Numbered from the stretch's first letter, positions 1 to 9,524 are shown. The stretch: DNA of 57,711 bases from Simkaniaceae bacterium (GCA_050248615.1 JBFWSA010000011.1:1-57711); one strand, 5' to 3'. Made by a program: numbers and translations. The notes: a model not told the origin generated them from the sequence alone.

Positions 1-165
1 GAAGCAGGCTCTGTCGGTATCAATACCACAGATGTGGTTTCAGAACTCTTACCTTTCGGGGGATGGAAAGAGTCGGGAGTGGGACGAGAAAATGCCCTTA
101 TCGGCAGTCTGGATGCTTACTGCGAAAACAAATCTCTCATCATTGCAGGGATAGGTTCATTCTAA
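1..165 (+). CDS. NAD(P)-dependent aldehyde dehydrogenase, 3' end only (runs off window)
   Basis: Frame 1 translates EAGSVGINTTDVVSELLPFGGWKESGVGREN...*; PFGGxKxSGxGRE is the ALDH C-terminal motif. Confidence 0.9.
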   Translation, partial: EAGSVGINTTDVVSELLPFGGWKESGVGRENALIGSLDAYCENKSLIIAGIGSF

Positions 166-169
166 ATTC

Positions 170-199
170 TTGAATTCAAGAACTTAGTTTATGTATAAT
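170..199 (+). promoter_or_regulatory. Putative sigma66/sigma70 promoter for ORF 231
   Basis: TTGAAT-18 nt-TATAAT about 30 nt upstream of the ATG. Confidence 0.45.
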
Positions 200-230
200 A
201 TTCATTTTTGAAAAAAAGACGGATGTTTTT

Positions 231-557
231 ATGAATCTCTCTGTTGAAAATATGCCATCCTTAGGATGGTCAACACCTCTTCAGCTATTAGATGAAATCA
301 CAGTACATAATCAAACAGGGTACCCACTCGATCTTATTGTGGCTATTTATTCCCTAGATAACACCGAAATCGGAAATGATCAGTTTTCTCCGAATGAAGC
401 GGGGCATTTTATGATTCGTAAGCCCTCTTTATTAAATCCTGACTCTATCCAGGTTTTCCTTTTCGGTTATCAGAGAGCCAATCACCAAAACCCTACCTAC
501 GAAAAGCAGGTTTCTTTCACTGCTCTTTTTCAGAATCTAAACTATTGTTTAAGTTAA
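231..557 (+). CDS. Hypothetical protein
   Basis: 108 aa ORF with promoter-like upstream sequence and downstream hairpin; no recognisable motif. Confidence 0.6.
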   Translation: MNLSVENMPSLGWSTPLQLLDEITVHNQTGYPLDLIVAIYSLDNTEIGNDQFSPNEAGHFMIRKPSLLNPDSIQVFLFGYQRANHQNPTYEKQVSFTALFQNLNYCLS

Positions 558-563
558 GAGAAA

Positions 564-582
564 AGCCTCTCCTGGAGAGGCT
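564..582. terminator. Hairpin between convergent genes (probable intrinsic terminator)
   Basis: AGCCTCTCC-T-GGAGAGGCT, preceded by an A-run. Confidence 0.55.
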
Positions 583-600
583 CTAAGTGTTTAATCAGAA

Positions 601-1407
601 TTAATGAGAGTATTCGATTAACAAGGCTAAAGATTCTTGAAGGATGATAACTATCTCTTGCTTTTTAGGATTCATTTCCTCCAACTCCCGATCAGTGGGA
701 AGCTCCAAGAATTTCCCCAAATTTGCTAAGGCTGCATCAACCCATCCTTCAGGATTTTGCTTAGGATCTAAGGCGCCAATATTCATTAAAATATGATTCC
801 TAAGAGCGTTGTATTCTTTCACTGGGTAAGTTTCGCCATAACGATGAAGCTCTTCAAGCTGTCCTCGTCTTGATTCTAGATTATTCTTGGCTACTTCTTG
901 AAGAATCTCAAGAGAAAGGTTTCCCATCACAGCGTGAAACCATTCAGCAAAAGAAGTTATTGCAAATGGATTTTTACCTTCAAGGCTTTCAAATTTGTCA
1001 ATATAGGTCTCATGAATCGTCCAATAGGTTCTAAACAAACCTCCCATTTTTTCTAGATCTGCATGATTTCTTTCCTCTTCTTCATACCCATTTGAAAAAT
1101 CGGTCGAATACAGCATTCTTTTAAGCGTATCCATCAATCCTTCTATTGCCGGAAAAAAATGATAAAGCTCTGGATAATAGGCAGCTTTTATCCTAAGATT
1201 CTCTAATTCCTTCTCAGATACTTGAGACCTTATCTTTGGCCGTTGATTCTCATCATTTACAATCGGCATATCTTGAGATGGAGTGTGAGAAAAAAAACTA
1301 AGAGCCATTTGATTGGCAGTATTACGAAAACGCCCCTGTGCTTCCTCTGTAGAAAGTTTCGGTAAAGGCTGTATTGTTTGATCAAAAGAAAATGTTACAG
1401 ATGACAT
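601..1407 (-). CDS. Hypothetical alpha-helical protein, possible secreted effector
   Basis: 268 aa ORF with an S/T/P-rich N-terminus; no motif recognised. Confidence 0.7.
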   Translation of the reverse strand: MSSVTFSFDQTIQPLPKLSTEEAQGRFRNTANQMALSFFSHTPSQDMPIVNDENQRPKIRSQVSEKELENLRIKAAYYPELYHFFPAIEGLMDTLKRMLYSTDFSNGYEEEERNHADLEKMGGLFRTYWTIHETYIDKFESLEGKNPFAITSFAEWFHAVMGNLSLEILQEVAKNNLESRRGQLEELHRYGETYPVKEYNALRNHILMNIGALDPKQNPEGWVDAALANLGKFLELPTDRELEEMNPKKQEIVIILQESLALLIEYSH

Positions 1408-1497
1408 TGTAATCCCTCAATTATTTTTTTTCAAAAAACGCGAATTATTATAATTGATTAACGAATAAATCAAATAACATTAATTAATTTAAAGAAT

Positions 1498-1661
1498 TGA
1501 GACCGTTGCAAAAATGCTTTCATTCAGATGAGTTGAGATTTTTTAGAGAAAATTTTTCTCGGCTTTTTCGGCCAGCTCTAGAGAGCTGACCGAAAAAGAG
1601 AAAAAAATTTAATCAAAATAGATCAAGTCAGATGAATGGAATGACTTTTGCAATGGTATCA
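1498..1661. mobile_element. MITE-like palindromic element, family E (164 bp)
   Basis: Imperfect TIRs TGAGACCGTTGCAAAA...TTTTGCAATGGTATCA; central hairpin CTTTTTCGGCCAGCTCT-AG-AGAGCTGACCGAAAAAG; non-coding. Confidence 0.7.
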
Positions 1662-1675
1662 AATTTAGCGAATTA

Positions 1676-1699
1676 GAGGGAGAGAAGTTCTCTCCCTCT
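1676..1699 (-). terminator. Hairpin downstream of tRNA-Leu
   Basis: AGAGGGAGAGA-AG-TTCTCTCCCTCT inverted repeat. Confidence 0.55.
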
Positions 1700-1708
1700 C
1701 TTTGAGTG

Positions 1709-1794
1709 TGCGAAAGGGGGGACTTGAACCCCCAAGAGGTATTACCCTCACTACCACCTCAAGGTAGCGTGTCTGCCAATTCCACCACTTCCGC
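1709..1794 (-). tRNA. tRNA-Leu(GAG)
   Basis: Reverse complement GCGGAAGTGGTGGAATTGGCAGACACGCTACCTTGAGGTGGTAG...GTTCAAGTCCCCCCTTTCGCA; long variable arm; anticodon GAG. Confidence 0.96.
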
Positions 1795-1855
1795 AAAAGT
1801 TGGCAAATCGAGTATCATAATGAGGATTTGGAATCCGAGCAAGGAAAATCCCTTG

Positions 1856-2065
1856 GTGAAGTATTTCTTTATTTTCCTCATACGTATCTATCAGTGGACC
1901 CTCGGTCCATTCACCGGAGGACAGTGTCGCTTCTATCCTTCCTGCTCAGAGTATGGGATTGAGGCATTCAAAAAATATGGAGCTTGCAAAGGCTCTTACT
2001 TAACGGTCAAACGCATCTGTAAATGTAATCCTTGGCACTCAGGGGGAGTCGATCCCCTTCCCTAA
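1856..2065 (+). CDS. yidD: Membrane protein insertion efficiency factor YidD
   Basis: CRFYPSCSEY...CKCNPWHSGGVDP motifs; start moved to GTG 1856 (AAGGA upstream) because the track ORF overlaps the tRNA. Confidence 0.92.
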   Translation: MKYFFIFLIRIYQWTLGPFTGGQCRFYPSCSEYGIEAFKKYGACKGSYLTVKRICKCNPWHSGGVDPLP

Positions 2066-2093
2066 TTAATGGTATTCTGTTAAAGCATTAAAC

Positions 2094-3323
2094 ATGCTCA
2101 ATCGATATATAAAAATCGGGGCGATTGCCCCCTGTTTACTGGCGATCATCATCGATGTTTTTGGATATGGTCTTGTCTATCCCATCATGACAGCGATTTT
2201 CACCAATCCCTCCAATCCCTTAGTGATGGGATTAACCTCCCCGCAGATGCGCGACTTCTTTTTAGGTTTAGCCTATTTACTGTATCCTTTATGCATGCTC
2301 TTTGGAGCATCCTTCATGGGAGATCTTTCCGATCATTTTGGTCGAAGAAGAGTGATTGCCCTTTGCATGATAGGAATCTGCCTTAGCTTTCTCTTGATGG
2401 CAGGGGGAGTCTTAGGGGCAAGCTTAACGCTACTTTTAGTAGGACGGGGGCTTTCGGGATTGATGGCAGGAAGTCAACCCATTGCTCAGGCAGCTATTTC
2501 CGACCTATCTACGCAAGAAACAAAAGCGCTCAACATGAGCCTGATCACTTTTGTCATCTGTATTGGGCTTGTTTTAGGCCCCTTAATGGGAGGTGTTTTT
2601 TCAGATCCGCTCCTGTTTGCGGGATTTGGATTCGCAACCCCTTTTTTCATTGCAGCAGCCCTAGCTTTGATTGCTTGTGTATGGACCCTTCTTAAGTTTA
2701 AGGAAACCTATAAACCCAAAGAGAAAAAACCTCTCAGCTTCATGCGCCCTCTCATCGTGTTTGTAGAGGCCTTTGTCGATAAAGAAGTGCGCTATTTAGT
2801 TGTCATTTTCATTTTGATGCAGGTGGGATTTGGTCTCTATTTTCAAACCATTTTGATCCAAATCAAATCGCTTTATGGATATACCAGCTTTCTGTTGGGG
2901 TCTTTTAATGGTTTCATGGGGCTTTCCTTTGCTCTGGGAACCCTGGTCGTGATCCCCTTAGCCTTAAAAAAATGGAGAGTCGGAACACTGGCCACCTTTT
3001 GCCTCACGTTTACAGGTCTTGTGCAGATCTGGGGAGGCCTTAATACCCATGAAGCGCTCACTTGGATTTTAGCCTTTCCAATTTCGATATCAGACATCAT
3101 TGCCTATGCGATGATGATGACCATTTTTTCCAATGCAGGGACCACAGATAATCAAGGGTGGGTGATGGGAATCTTTGGAGCTACAGTCGCCATTTCTTTT
3201 GCCCTTGTAGGGGCATCCACCAACTTACTTCCTTATGTCGGGACACAAGGCTTAATCGCAATTGGAGGGGTTTTGGGGATTCTCAGTGGTCTCGGGATGG
3301 TGATCTATCTGAAGGTAAGATAA
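2094..3323 (+). CDS. MFS transporter, DHA1/TetA-like
   Basis: About 12 hydrophobic segments; motif A GDLSDHFGRRRV; motif C GLVLGPLMGG. Confidence 0.9.
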   Translation: MLNRYIKIGAIAPCLLAIIIDVFGYGLVYPIMTAIFTNPSNPLVMGLTSPQMRDFFLGLAYLLYPLCMLFGASFMGDLSDHFGRRRVIALCMIGICLSFLLMAGGVLGASLTLLLVGRGLSGLMAGSQPIAQAAISDLSTQETKALNMSLITFVICIGLVLGPLMGGVFSDPLLFAGFGFATPFFIAAALALIACVWTLLKFKETYKPKEKKPLSFMRPLIVFVEAFVDKEVRYLVVIFILMQVGFGLYFQTILIQIKSLYGYTSFLLGSFNGFMGLSFALGTLVVIPLALKKWRVGTLATFCLTFTGLVQIWGGLNTHEALTWILAFPISISDIIAYAMMMTIFSNAGTTDNQGWVMGIFGATVAISFALVGASTNLLPYVGTQGLIAIGGVLGILSGLGMVIYLKVR

Positions 3324-4353
3324 GAGTCGTTCCCGGTTTGAGGTGGTCCGATTCAATCTTGTTGAGCATCCGTAAAACCTCTACTTTTACATCAAATTCC
3401 CGAGAAATTTTCCATAGACTATCTCCCGGTTGCACAGTATAAAGATGTTCTTTTTCTTGGGACGGTTTGACTTCTTGCTTTGTAAGATTTTCCGGACGGA
3501 GTCCATTAGCAACCTCGGCAACAAAAGCTTCTACTTCTGGAGTTTTTTCTGTTAATAGACTCAGGAGTTTCTCCATCTGCACATTATCAAGATACTTAAG
3601 AGCAAATTCTCTTTCTAAGTGAACCAACAGATAGGCTGCTAATTGGGAATCTTTTTCCACACAGGATAATAAAAAGTCTTGTAGCGAAGTAAAGTTTGCA
3701 AGAGAAGACCATTTTGAAAGTTTGACCAGTTCGAGAATGCTTTCATCTGACAGTAGGGCATGCAATTTCCGTTTAAGGGCATAGACCTCTCCTGTCATTA
3801 AGAGGGCCTCTTTAAGAGAGTCTGGTGAGCGCTCACGCGCGCAAAATTCTTGGAACAGCCCTTCAGGAGAGAGTGGCCAAATTTCTGTTCGTGCAAAAGT
3901 GCGAATCGCTTCAAAACTTCCTTCCGATAGACCAGGATAAAGAGGAAGAGAGATTTCTTTTTCCCTGTTGATAAACGTAAATTGCCGTTTTTCCAAAGGA
4001 AAACCCGGCACAGCCCTCTCTAAGTCAAAATAATGAAAAGCCACCAAGCAAGAAAGGGCCAAGTCACATTTGCGATACCCCTGCTCGACATGCGTTTCAT
4101 CATAGAGTTCTTTGACAAGTTCTTCAAAAGACATCAAAAAATAGCGGGAGAGCATCTCTCCATTGCTTAGCAAAACCCGCTGAATTTTTTGCTCTTTGAC
4201 AGGAAGGGGAAAGTGTCCCCCCTTATTTTCTTTGAGAACAAATGTAAAAAAAGTTGCCAAAAGGGCAAGGTTTAAGGTTCCACTGATGATCAGTACGTGG
4301 ACTAAGATGCGCGAACGTTTGGCAAGTGGATTTTCAAAGTGATCCTGCTTCAT
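3283..4353 (-). CDS. Membrane-anchored LysM peptidoglycan-binding protein
   Basis: N-terminal TM helix; C-terminal LysM YTVQPGDSLWKISREF...LKPGTTLIL. Confidence 0.88.
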   Translation of the reverse strand: MKQDHFENPLAKRSRILVHVLIISGTLNLALLATFFTFVLKENKGGHFPLPVKEQKIQRVLLSNGEMLSRYFLMSFEELVKELYDETHVEQGYRKCDLALSCLVAFHYFDLERAVPGFPLEKRQFTFINREKEISLPLYPGLSEGSFEAIRTFARTEIWPLSPEGLFQEFCARERSPDSLKEALLMTGEVYALKRKLHALLSDESILELVKLSKWSSLANFTSLQDFLLSCVEKDSQLAAYLLVHLEREFALKYLDNVQMEKLLSLLTEKTPEVEAFVAEVANGLRPENLTKQEVKPSQEKEHLYTVQPGDSLWKISREFDVKVEVLRMLNKIESDHLKPGTTLILPSDRSPSRDH

Positions 4354-4439
4354 CGCTCCCTATTTTACTTAAGGTTAGTAAAACATTCTATCAAATTTTT
4401 GTTGACTTCACCTCCTCAATAGCTTTATGTAAACATAAT

Positions 4440-5450
4440 ATGAAAACGAAAATACTAGCTCTTTTCCTTCTTGCCATCCTTTTTACGGGCTGCTCCCAAA
4501 ATCCCAAAGCCCTTTCTTTAGACAATGCCAATGCATTCCTCTATGAAACAACCCGTGAAAATGCAACACTCACCCAAAAGGATGTAGAGCTTTTTCAAGA
4601 GTTTTGCCCTATTTTTGTCATCGAGCAAAAAGATAAACTCTATAATCGTATTGGGGAACCCAAAATTAAACGGGGACCTCAAAATAAGCTTGAAGCTTTT
4701 GTAGACCCCGCTTTTCACACCATTTATGTCCAAAAACGGGATTTTTTTACCCAAAAAGGGCAGTACACCAACTTGATCTACCGTGTCCACTTCGAAAAAG
4801 TCCCTTACGGACTCCGCCCCTTTCAGATCACTGCAGGAAAAAATGTCGGGTTACTTGTCATCATCACACTTAACGAAAAAAAACTTCCCGTGCTCATCAC
4901 CTCTGTCCATACCTGTGGGTGCTATATTTCTATGATCCCGACTAATTATACACCTCCCGATTTTTTTCCCTCTGATTGGAAAGAGACTCCTAAAGTGCGT
5001 TATGGAGAACGCTACCCGGCCATGATTTGCTATCCCTCTCCCCTCCAAGGCAATGTCCATCCCGTTTTTTTCTTACGCCATGCGACTCATCGCGTTTCAG
5101 ATATCTATGTAGAAAGTACAACGCTCATTGAAAAACAGTATCCCACTGTTGGAATGACAATGGTTCCCATGGAGTCTTTAGATGACCTCCCCATTCAAGG
5201 AGAAGACAAGACCCTCTCTTTTTACTATCAGGACCTCAGTAAAGGTTTTGTCCGTAATTCTCTCAAACCATTTGAATTTCTTTTCATCAGCTGGTGGGCC
5301 TTCGATCCCAATGTGGGTAACGATAAAAAATACGCCCCCTCAAGTGAATTACGAAAACAGTTTTATACCAGCCTCAACCCGGCTTATTGGAGAGAATCGG
5401 ATTTATGGAATTTCCCCATTGCAGCCAAGTTTTGGGGTTGGGAACTTTAA
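4440..5450 (+). CDS. Hypothetical lipoprotein
   Basis: Start at ATG 4440 gives MKTKILALFLLAILFTGC (lipobox-like FTGC); first gene of a tightly packed operon. Confidence 0.75.
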   Translation: MKTKILALFLLAILFTGCSQNPKALSLDNANAFLYETTRENATLTQKDVELFQEFCPIFVIEQKDKLYNRIGEPKIKRGPQNKLEAFVDPAFHTIYVQKRDFFTQKGQYTNLIYRVHFEKVPYGLRPFQITAGKNVGLLVIITLNEKKLPVLITSVHTCGCYISMIPTNYTPPDFFPSDWKETPKVRYGERYPAMICYPSPLQGNVHPVFFLRHATHRVSDIYVESTTLIEKQYPTVGMTMVPMESLDDLPIQGEDKTLSFYYQDLSKGFVRNSLKPFEFLFISWWAFDPNVGNDKKYAPSSELRKQFYTSLNPAYWRESDLWNFPIAAKFWGWEL

Positions 5451-5459
5451 GGAGAAAAA

Positions 5460-6221
5460 ATGCTCAAAACCCTCATCAGAACTTGCGTGATTCTTTTTAT
5501 CTCCAACGCTGCCTTCGGGTCAGATCTTGTAGATAACTGGTTAAACACCTACAACCCTCTCCTGAAACACTATGTTGTAAAAGGGAAAAAAGGGGGCATT
5601 GAATCGACATTGGTGAACTATAACGGTCTTCGCAGCGATCCTAACTTCCGGAAAGCTCTCTATGAGCTCGCCAGACTCCCTTCACTTGACACTCTAGAGA
5701 AAAAAGAACAACTCGCCATGTGGATCAATGCCTACAACATGCTTGTATTAAAAGTGATTGTAGAAAATCCTAAAATCCAATCGATTAAAGAGCTCGACTC
5801 CGCTTTTGGGAGTATTTGGAAAAAGAAAGTGGGGGTTGTAGCTGGAAAACAGTACACCCTAGATGAAATCGAACATGAGATTATTCGAAAAAAATTCAAT
5901 GAACCGAGAGTCCATTTTGTTTTAAATTGTAGCGCCCTTTCTTGCCCTGATCTAGCTAACTACGCTTATGAAGGAAAGCACTTAGAGGAACAACTCGCCT
6001 ATCAAGCAAAACAGTTCCTCAATAATCCGACCAAAGGGATGTCTGTTAATCCTTCAAAGGAAAAAATTTATTTATCTAAAATCTTCAAATGGTATAAAAG
6101 TGACTTCCCCCCAAGCGTCATCGATTGGCTGATACACATGGGTTTTCTGCATCAAGATACAGAAAATTACTCTACCAGCTATATGAAATACGATTGGGCA
6201 TTAAATTCACTCAGTCAATAA
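5460..6221 (+). CDS. DUF547 domain secreted protein
   Basis: Signal peptide; LAMWINAYN, TLDEIEH, EPRVHFVLNCSALSCP and YDWALN motifs. Confidence 0.88.
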   Translation: MLKTLIRTCVILFISNAAFGSDLVDNWLNTYNPLLKHYVVKGKKGGIESTLVNYNGLRSDPNFRKALYELARLPSLDTLEKKEQLAMWINAYNMLVLKVIVENPKIQSIKELDSAFGSIWKKKVGVVAGKQYTLDEIEHEIIRKKFNEPRVHFVLNCSALSCPDLANYAYEGKHLEEQLAYQAKQFLNNPTKGMSVNPSKEKIYLSKIFKWYKSDFPPSVIDWLIHMGFLHQDTENYSTSYMKYDWALNSLSQ

Positions 6222-6236
6222 GGAACGTACTCAGTC

Positions 6237-7529
6237 ATGAAAAGTAGAAAGATCATAATCGCTATTCTATTATTAGGAACCTTTCCCAAACTTTTTGCTC
6301 TCAATGGGATGTATCACATCGGTTTTGGGCCTGATGCGAAAGGAGTCGGGGGGGCTGCTACAGCTTTCCCTCAAGACACTCTGACAGCCCTTGCGAACCC
6401 CGCAAATCTCGTTCCTGTAGGTAAACGGATAGACTTAGCTCCTGAATATTTCCGAGGAACGCGTATTGGAAAGATTCGCGGGTCGCAATTCCCCTTTAAT
6501 GATGTAAACGGGGATATCGACCTTTCTAGAAATAAAAACATCGTTGCTGCAGAAGCGGGAATTGGATACACATTTTTAAATGATCGCCTAGCTATTGGGC
6601 TAACCATTGCCCCTCAAGCAGGGGGAGTGATTACATGGAATCAACCAGACCCTTTTTATCCTGCTGGTACACAACCTTTCCACATCGACGTGATGTATGT
6701 TGCCTTTACTCCGCTCATTGCTGCCAAGCTCTTTGAAAATGATTGGATCGGAAAGCACTTCTTAGGTGTGGGTGTCGACCTTACTCCAGCGCGCATAAAA
6801 GTGAGTGGAATGCAAGGACTGAGAGACCAATCAGGCTTTTTTGGAGGAACGGATGCTCCTAACTATGTGACCAATAAGGGTTGGGACTGGGCTTTTGGTT
6901 GGGCCGTAAGAGTGGGTTGGCTTTGGGAATTTCGCCCTTGGATTTCAGGAGGTCTCTCCTTCCGCACCAAAACCTACATGGGACATTTTGACCGTTACAA
7001 AGGACTCATTACCCCGCACGGTAAAGCGAACCTACCCGCCACATTTTTTGGGGGAATTGCTGTAAAACCTTTTGTACAAACAACGATTGCCCTTGACATT
7101 GGCCGTATTTATAACGGCAACGTCAACACCTTTTCTAACCTTCCCTTTGATATCTTAAAGCAAAATAATCACGGGGCCAGTAATGGAGCAGGCTTTGCCT
7201 GGGAATCATCAACAGTCTATAAAATCGGTATCGCCCAAGAAATTGCAGATAGTTTTGTTCTAAGAGCAGGTTACAACTATGGTCAACTCCCCTGGGATAC
7301 AAAGATCGATGATGTCGTTTTATCAGCTCTTTTCCTTCCCACTACTACTCGCCACCACCTCACTTTAGGGGCCAGTTTAGAATTGGGAGCACAGATCCTC
7401 AATGCTGCCTTTATGTATGGATTTAAACATTCCATCCAGGGTCCTATAGCTGCGTTTCAAGGAGGAGGCAAGTGTGAAGTTTCAACAGATCTGATCACGT
7501 TGCAGATAGGGTTTAGCAAGGTTTGGTAA
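6237..7529 (+). CDS. OmpP1/FadL-family outer membrane long-chain fatty acid/hydrophobic compound channel
   Basis: Signal peptide; GxGGAxxAxxxD...NPANL N-terminal plug motif; LRAGYNYG; terminal aromatic residue. Confidence 0.82.
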   Translation: MKSRKIIIAILLLGTFPKLFALNGMYHIGFGPDAKGVGGAATAFPQDTLTALANPANLVPVGKRIDLAPEYFRGTRIGKIRGSQFPFNDVNGDIDLSRNKNIVAAEAGIGYTFLNDRLAIGLTIAPQAGGVITWNQPDPFYPAGTQPFHIDVMYVAFTPLIAAKLFENDWIGKHFLGVGVDLTPARIKVSGMQGLRDQSGFFGGTDAPNYVTNKGWDWAFGWAVRVGWLWEFRPWISGGLSFRTKTYMGHFDRYKGLITPHGKANLPATFFGGIAVKPFVQTTIALDIGRIYNGNVNTFSNLPFDILKQNNHGASNGAGFAWESSTVYKIGIAQEIADSFVLRAGYNYGQLPWDTKIDDVVLSALFLPTTTRHHLTLGASLELGAQILNAAFMYGFKHSIQGPIAAFQGGGKCEVSTDLITLQIGFSKVW

Positions 7530-7530
7530 G

Positions 7531-8430
7531 ATGAAAAATAGACTGAGGCTCTTTTTTCTTCTTCTCTTTTCCTTAAGCGCCCTTTGGGGAGATCTCCCTG
7601 AAGTATTTTACGGCATCTGTTACGACAAACAAGGGAAAGAACTTTTTACCGAAGAGCACAAGATCACCAAAGTCAATGGGACAATCAAAAAAATTCGAAC
7701 CCTTTTTTTTCAAAATGCTGAAAAAAATCCGATGGCGATTGCCGAAAGTCTCTTTCATCAAAATAGCTTCCTCCCCAACGTCTATTTCCATCGCTTTAAG
7801 GACTCTTTTACCTCGCGCGCTGTTCAAAAAGGGAATGAAGAGATCATCCTACTCAAAAAAGAGGGGGAAAAACCCTATTACTTTGAGAAGAACTATGGCA
7901 TTACCAAAGATATGGTTGTCGGACACGGATTCTACTTTTATATGATCGATAACATGCAAACTCTCTTAGAAAACCCCCAAATGACACTTCCCGTTCAGTT
8001 CCTCCTTCCCAATAAGCTTGCCAAATATATTTTCAAAATGTCTGCGACAAAAGATCCTGAAAACACAGATCAAGTGATTTTCACTTTAAAAACACAAAAC
8101 GTTCTTTTACGCCTTCTCGTCCCGACGATTGTTGTGAAACTCAATCAAGAGACAAAGAGAATGATCTCCTATGAAGGTCCCAATACCTTCTTTTATGGAA
8201 CAAAAGATATTTTTTATGTAAAAATTATATATACCGAAATGGCTTCAAAAATTGGGCTTTCGGCTGGGCCAAAGCACCGCAATTCGTCGGTCATAAATGA
8301 CCCCATATTTAATAATATGGGGTCATTTATGACTGGCAAATATCGAAAGCTTTCGCGTTGCCCAAATCCAATTTTTGAAACCATTTCGGTATACCATGAC
8401 CATTTAGAAAAAACAGAGAGCCTACAATGA
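7531..8430 (+). CDS. Hypothetical exported protein carrying an in-frame 54-codon MITE insertion near its C-terminus
   Basis: Signal peptide; ORF reads through the element at 8230-8393. Confidence 0.75.
   Translation: MKNRLRLFFLLLFSLSALWGDLPEVFYGICYDKQGKELFTEEHKITKVNGTIKKIRTLFFQNAEKNPMAIAESLFHQNSFLPNVYFHRFKDSFTSRAVQKGNEEIILLKKEGEKPYYFEKNYGITKDMVVGHGFYFYMIDNMQTLLENPQMTLPVQFLLPNKLAKYIFKMSATKDPENTDQVIFTLKTQNVLLRLLVPTIVVKLNQETKRMISYEGPNTFFYGTKDIFYVKIIYTEMASKIGLSAGPKHRNSSVINDPIFNNMGSFMTGKYRKLSRCPNPIFETISVYHDHLEKTESLQ
8230..8393. mobile_element. MITE family A, variant A2 (164 bp), in frame within a CDS
   Basis: TIRs TATACCGAAATGGCTTCAAAAATTGG...CCAATTTTTGAAACCATTTCGGTATA; 20-bp perfect central stem 8290-8333; internal sequence homologous to 19905-20068. 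Confidence 0.92.
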
Positions 8431-9524
8431 AAAACCCTATGCTAATGATTGGAATTCTTACTCTAGCTTGCATCCCTTTTGCTCATGCTCAAGAGAAACA
8501 GCAAGAGAAGAAGTCCTCTTATGAATTCCCAGAATACAGTGAGCAAGACTACCATAGTCTAGATGCTCCATCGTATGAGCTCCCTTATCAAGAAACAGGC
8601 CCTCACATTCAAGGTGAATTTCTTTATTGGCAAAATATCGAATCGAATCTGATCTACGCTATCGATCAACCTCCCCACGCAAGTAATACCGATGTCATTG
8701 GTCTTGAAGGGCACTTAAAACAAGTCACCTACCGTTGGGATCCCGGAGTCCGGGTAGGCGCCGGATGGAAGTTTAGTCCTGAAACCCTCGATGTCAGCCT
8801 GATCTATACTTACTTCCATAACGAAGGGGGAGATGCTGTTAAGCAACGCCCCGGACGGACTTTAAAAGGGGTATTTCCTGATTTTCTTGGGGATACCATT
8901 AGTGATATTTCTTCGACTGCTGACCTCATGTATCAAACCCTTGATCTCCAAGCAACCCACACCTTCCAATCTTCTAGTTCTTTTGTGATGGATTTTCTCT
9001 TTGGAGTGCGTGGAGCTTGGATCTCTCAAGGATGGAATACGTGTTATAAATCCAATAACTTGATCTTCTTTGATCCCTTTTCTGGCTTTGGACAGCGCTT
9101 CGAAACCCTCGTACAGAATACTTGGAAGTTTTCTGGTGCAGGACTCCGCACCGGACTTTCTATGGACTGGTTTATTGGATGGGGGATCTACGCCCATGTT
9201 CAAACCTCCATGTCGGCAATCGTGGGACGTTTCCGCAATAAACAACAAATTGATTCAACCACTCAAGTCCGTTATTCAAAAGTCCATCCCAGTGACACAC
9301 GGATCATCCCTTCATGGGAAATCCTGTTGGGCTTAGGATGGAGAAAAAACATTTCAAGCTATGCCTTTAAAGTTTTCTGTAATTGGGAAATGAACCTATG
9401 GTCGCGCTTAAATCAAACCTACTTCTATCCTGCTACAACAGTAGATGATTCGAAAGTGGGAAGCTGGTCCCGTGACTCTGTCAACTTACAGGGAATCACC
9501 GCAGGAATTGGTGTTGAGTTCTAG
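8427..9524 (+). CDS. Lpg1974/MOMP-like pore-forming outer membrane protein
   Basis: Signal peptide; GEFLYW, WDPGVRVGAG and FSGAGLRTG motifs; C-terminal LQGITAGIGVEF beta-signal. Confidence 0.82.
   Translation: MKNPMLMIGILTLACIPFAHAQEKQQEKKSSYEFPEYSEQDYHSLDAPSYELPYQETGPHIQGEFLYWQNIESNLIYAIDQPPHASNTDVIGLEGHLKQVTYRWDPGVRVGAGWKFSPETLDVSLIYTYFHNEGGDAVKQRPGRTLKGVFPDFLGDTISDISSTADLMYQTLDLQATHTFQSSSSFVMDFLFGVRGAWISQGWNTCYKSNNLIFFDPFSGFGQRFETLVQNTWKFSGAGLRTGLSMDWFIGWGIYAHVQTSMSAIVGRFRNKQQIDSTTQVRYSKVHPSDTRIIPSWEILLGLGWRKNISSYAFKVFCNWEMNLWSRLNQTYFYPATTVDDSKVGSWSRDSVNLQGITAGIGVEF

Noticed and set aside
1706..1855. N-terminal extension of the yidD ORF in the track (MCERGDLNPQ...)
   Set aside because: It is the antisense reading of tRNA-Leu; the real start is downstream
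4326..4439. N-terminal extension of the lipoprotein ORF
   Set aside because: It overlaps the divergent LysM gene start; the lipoprotein signal begins at ATG 4440
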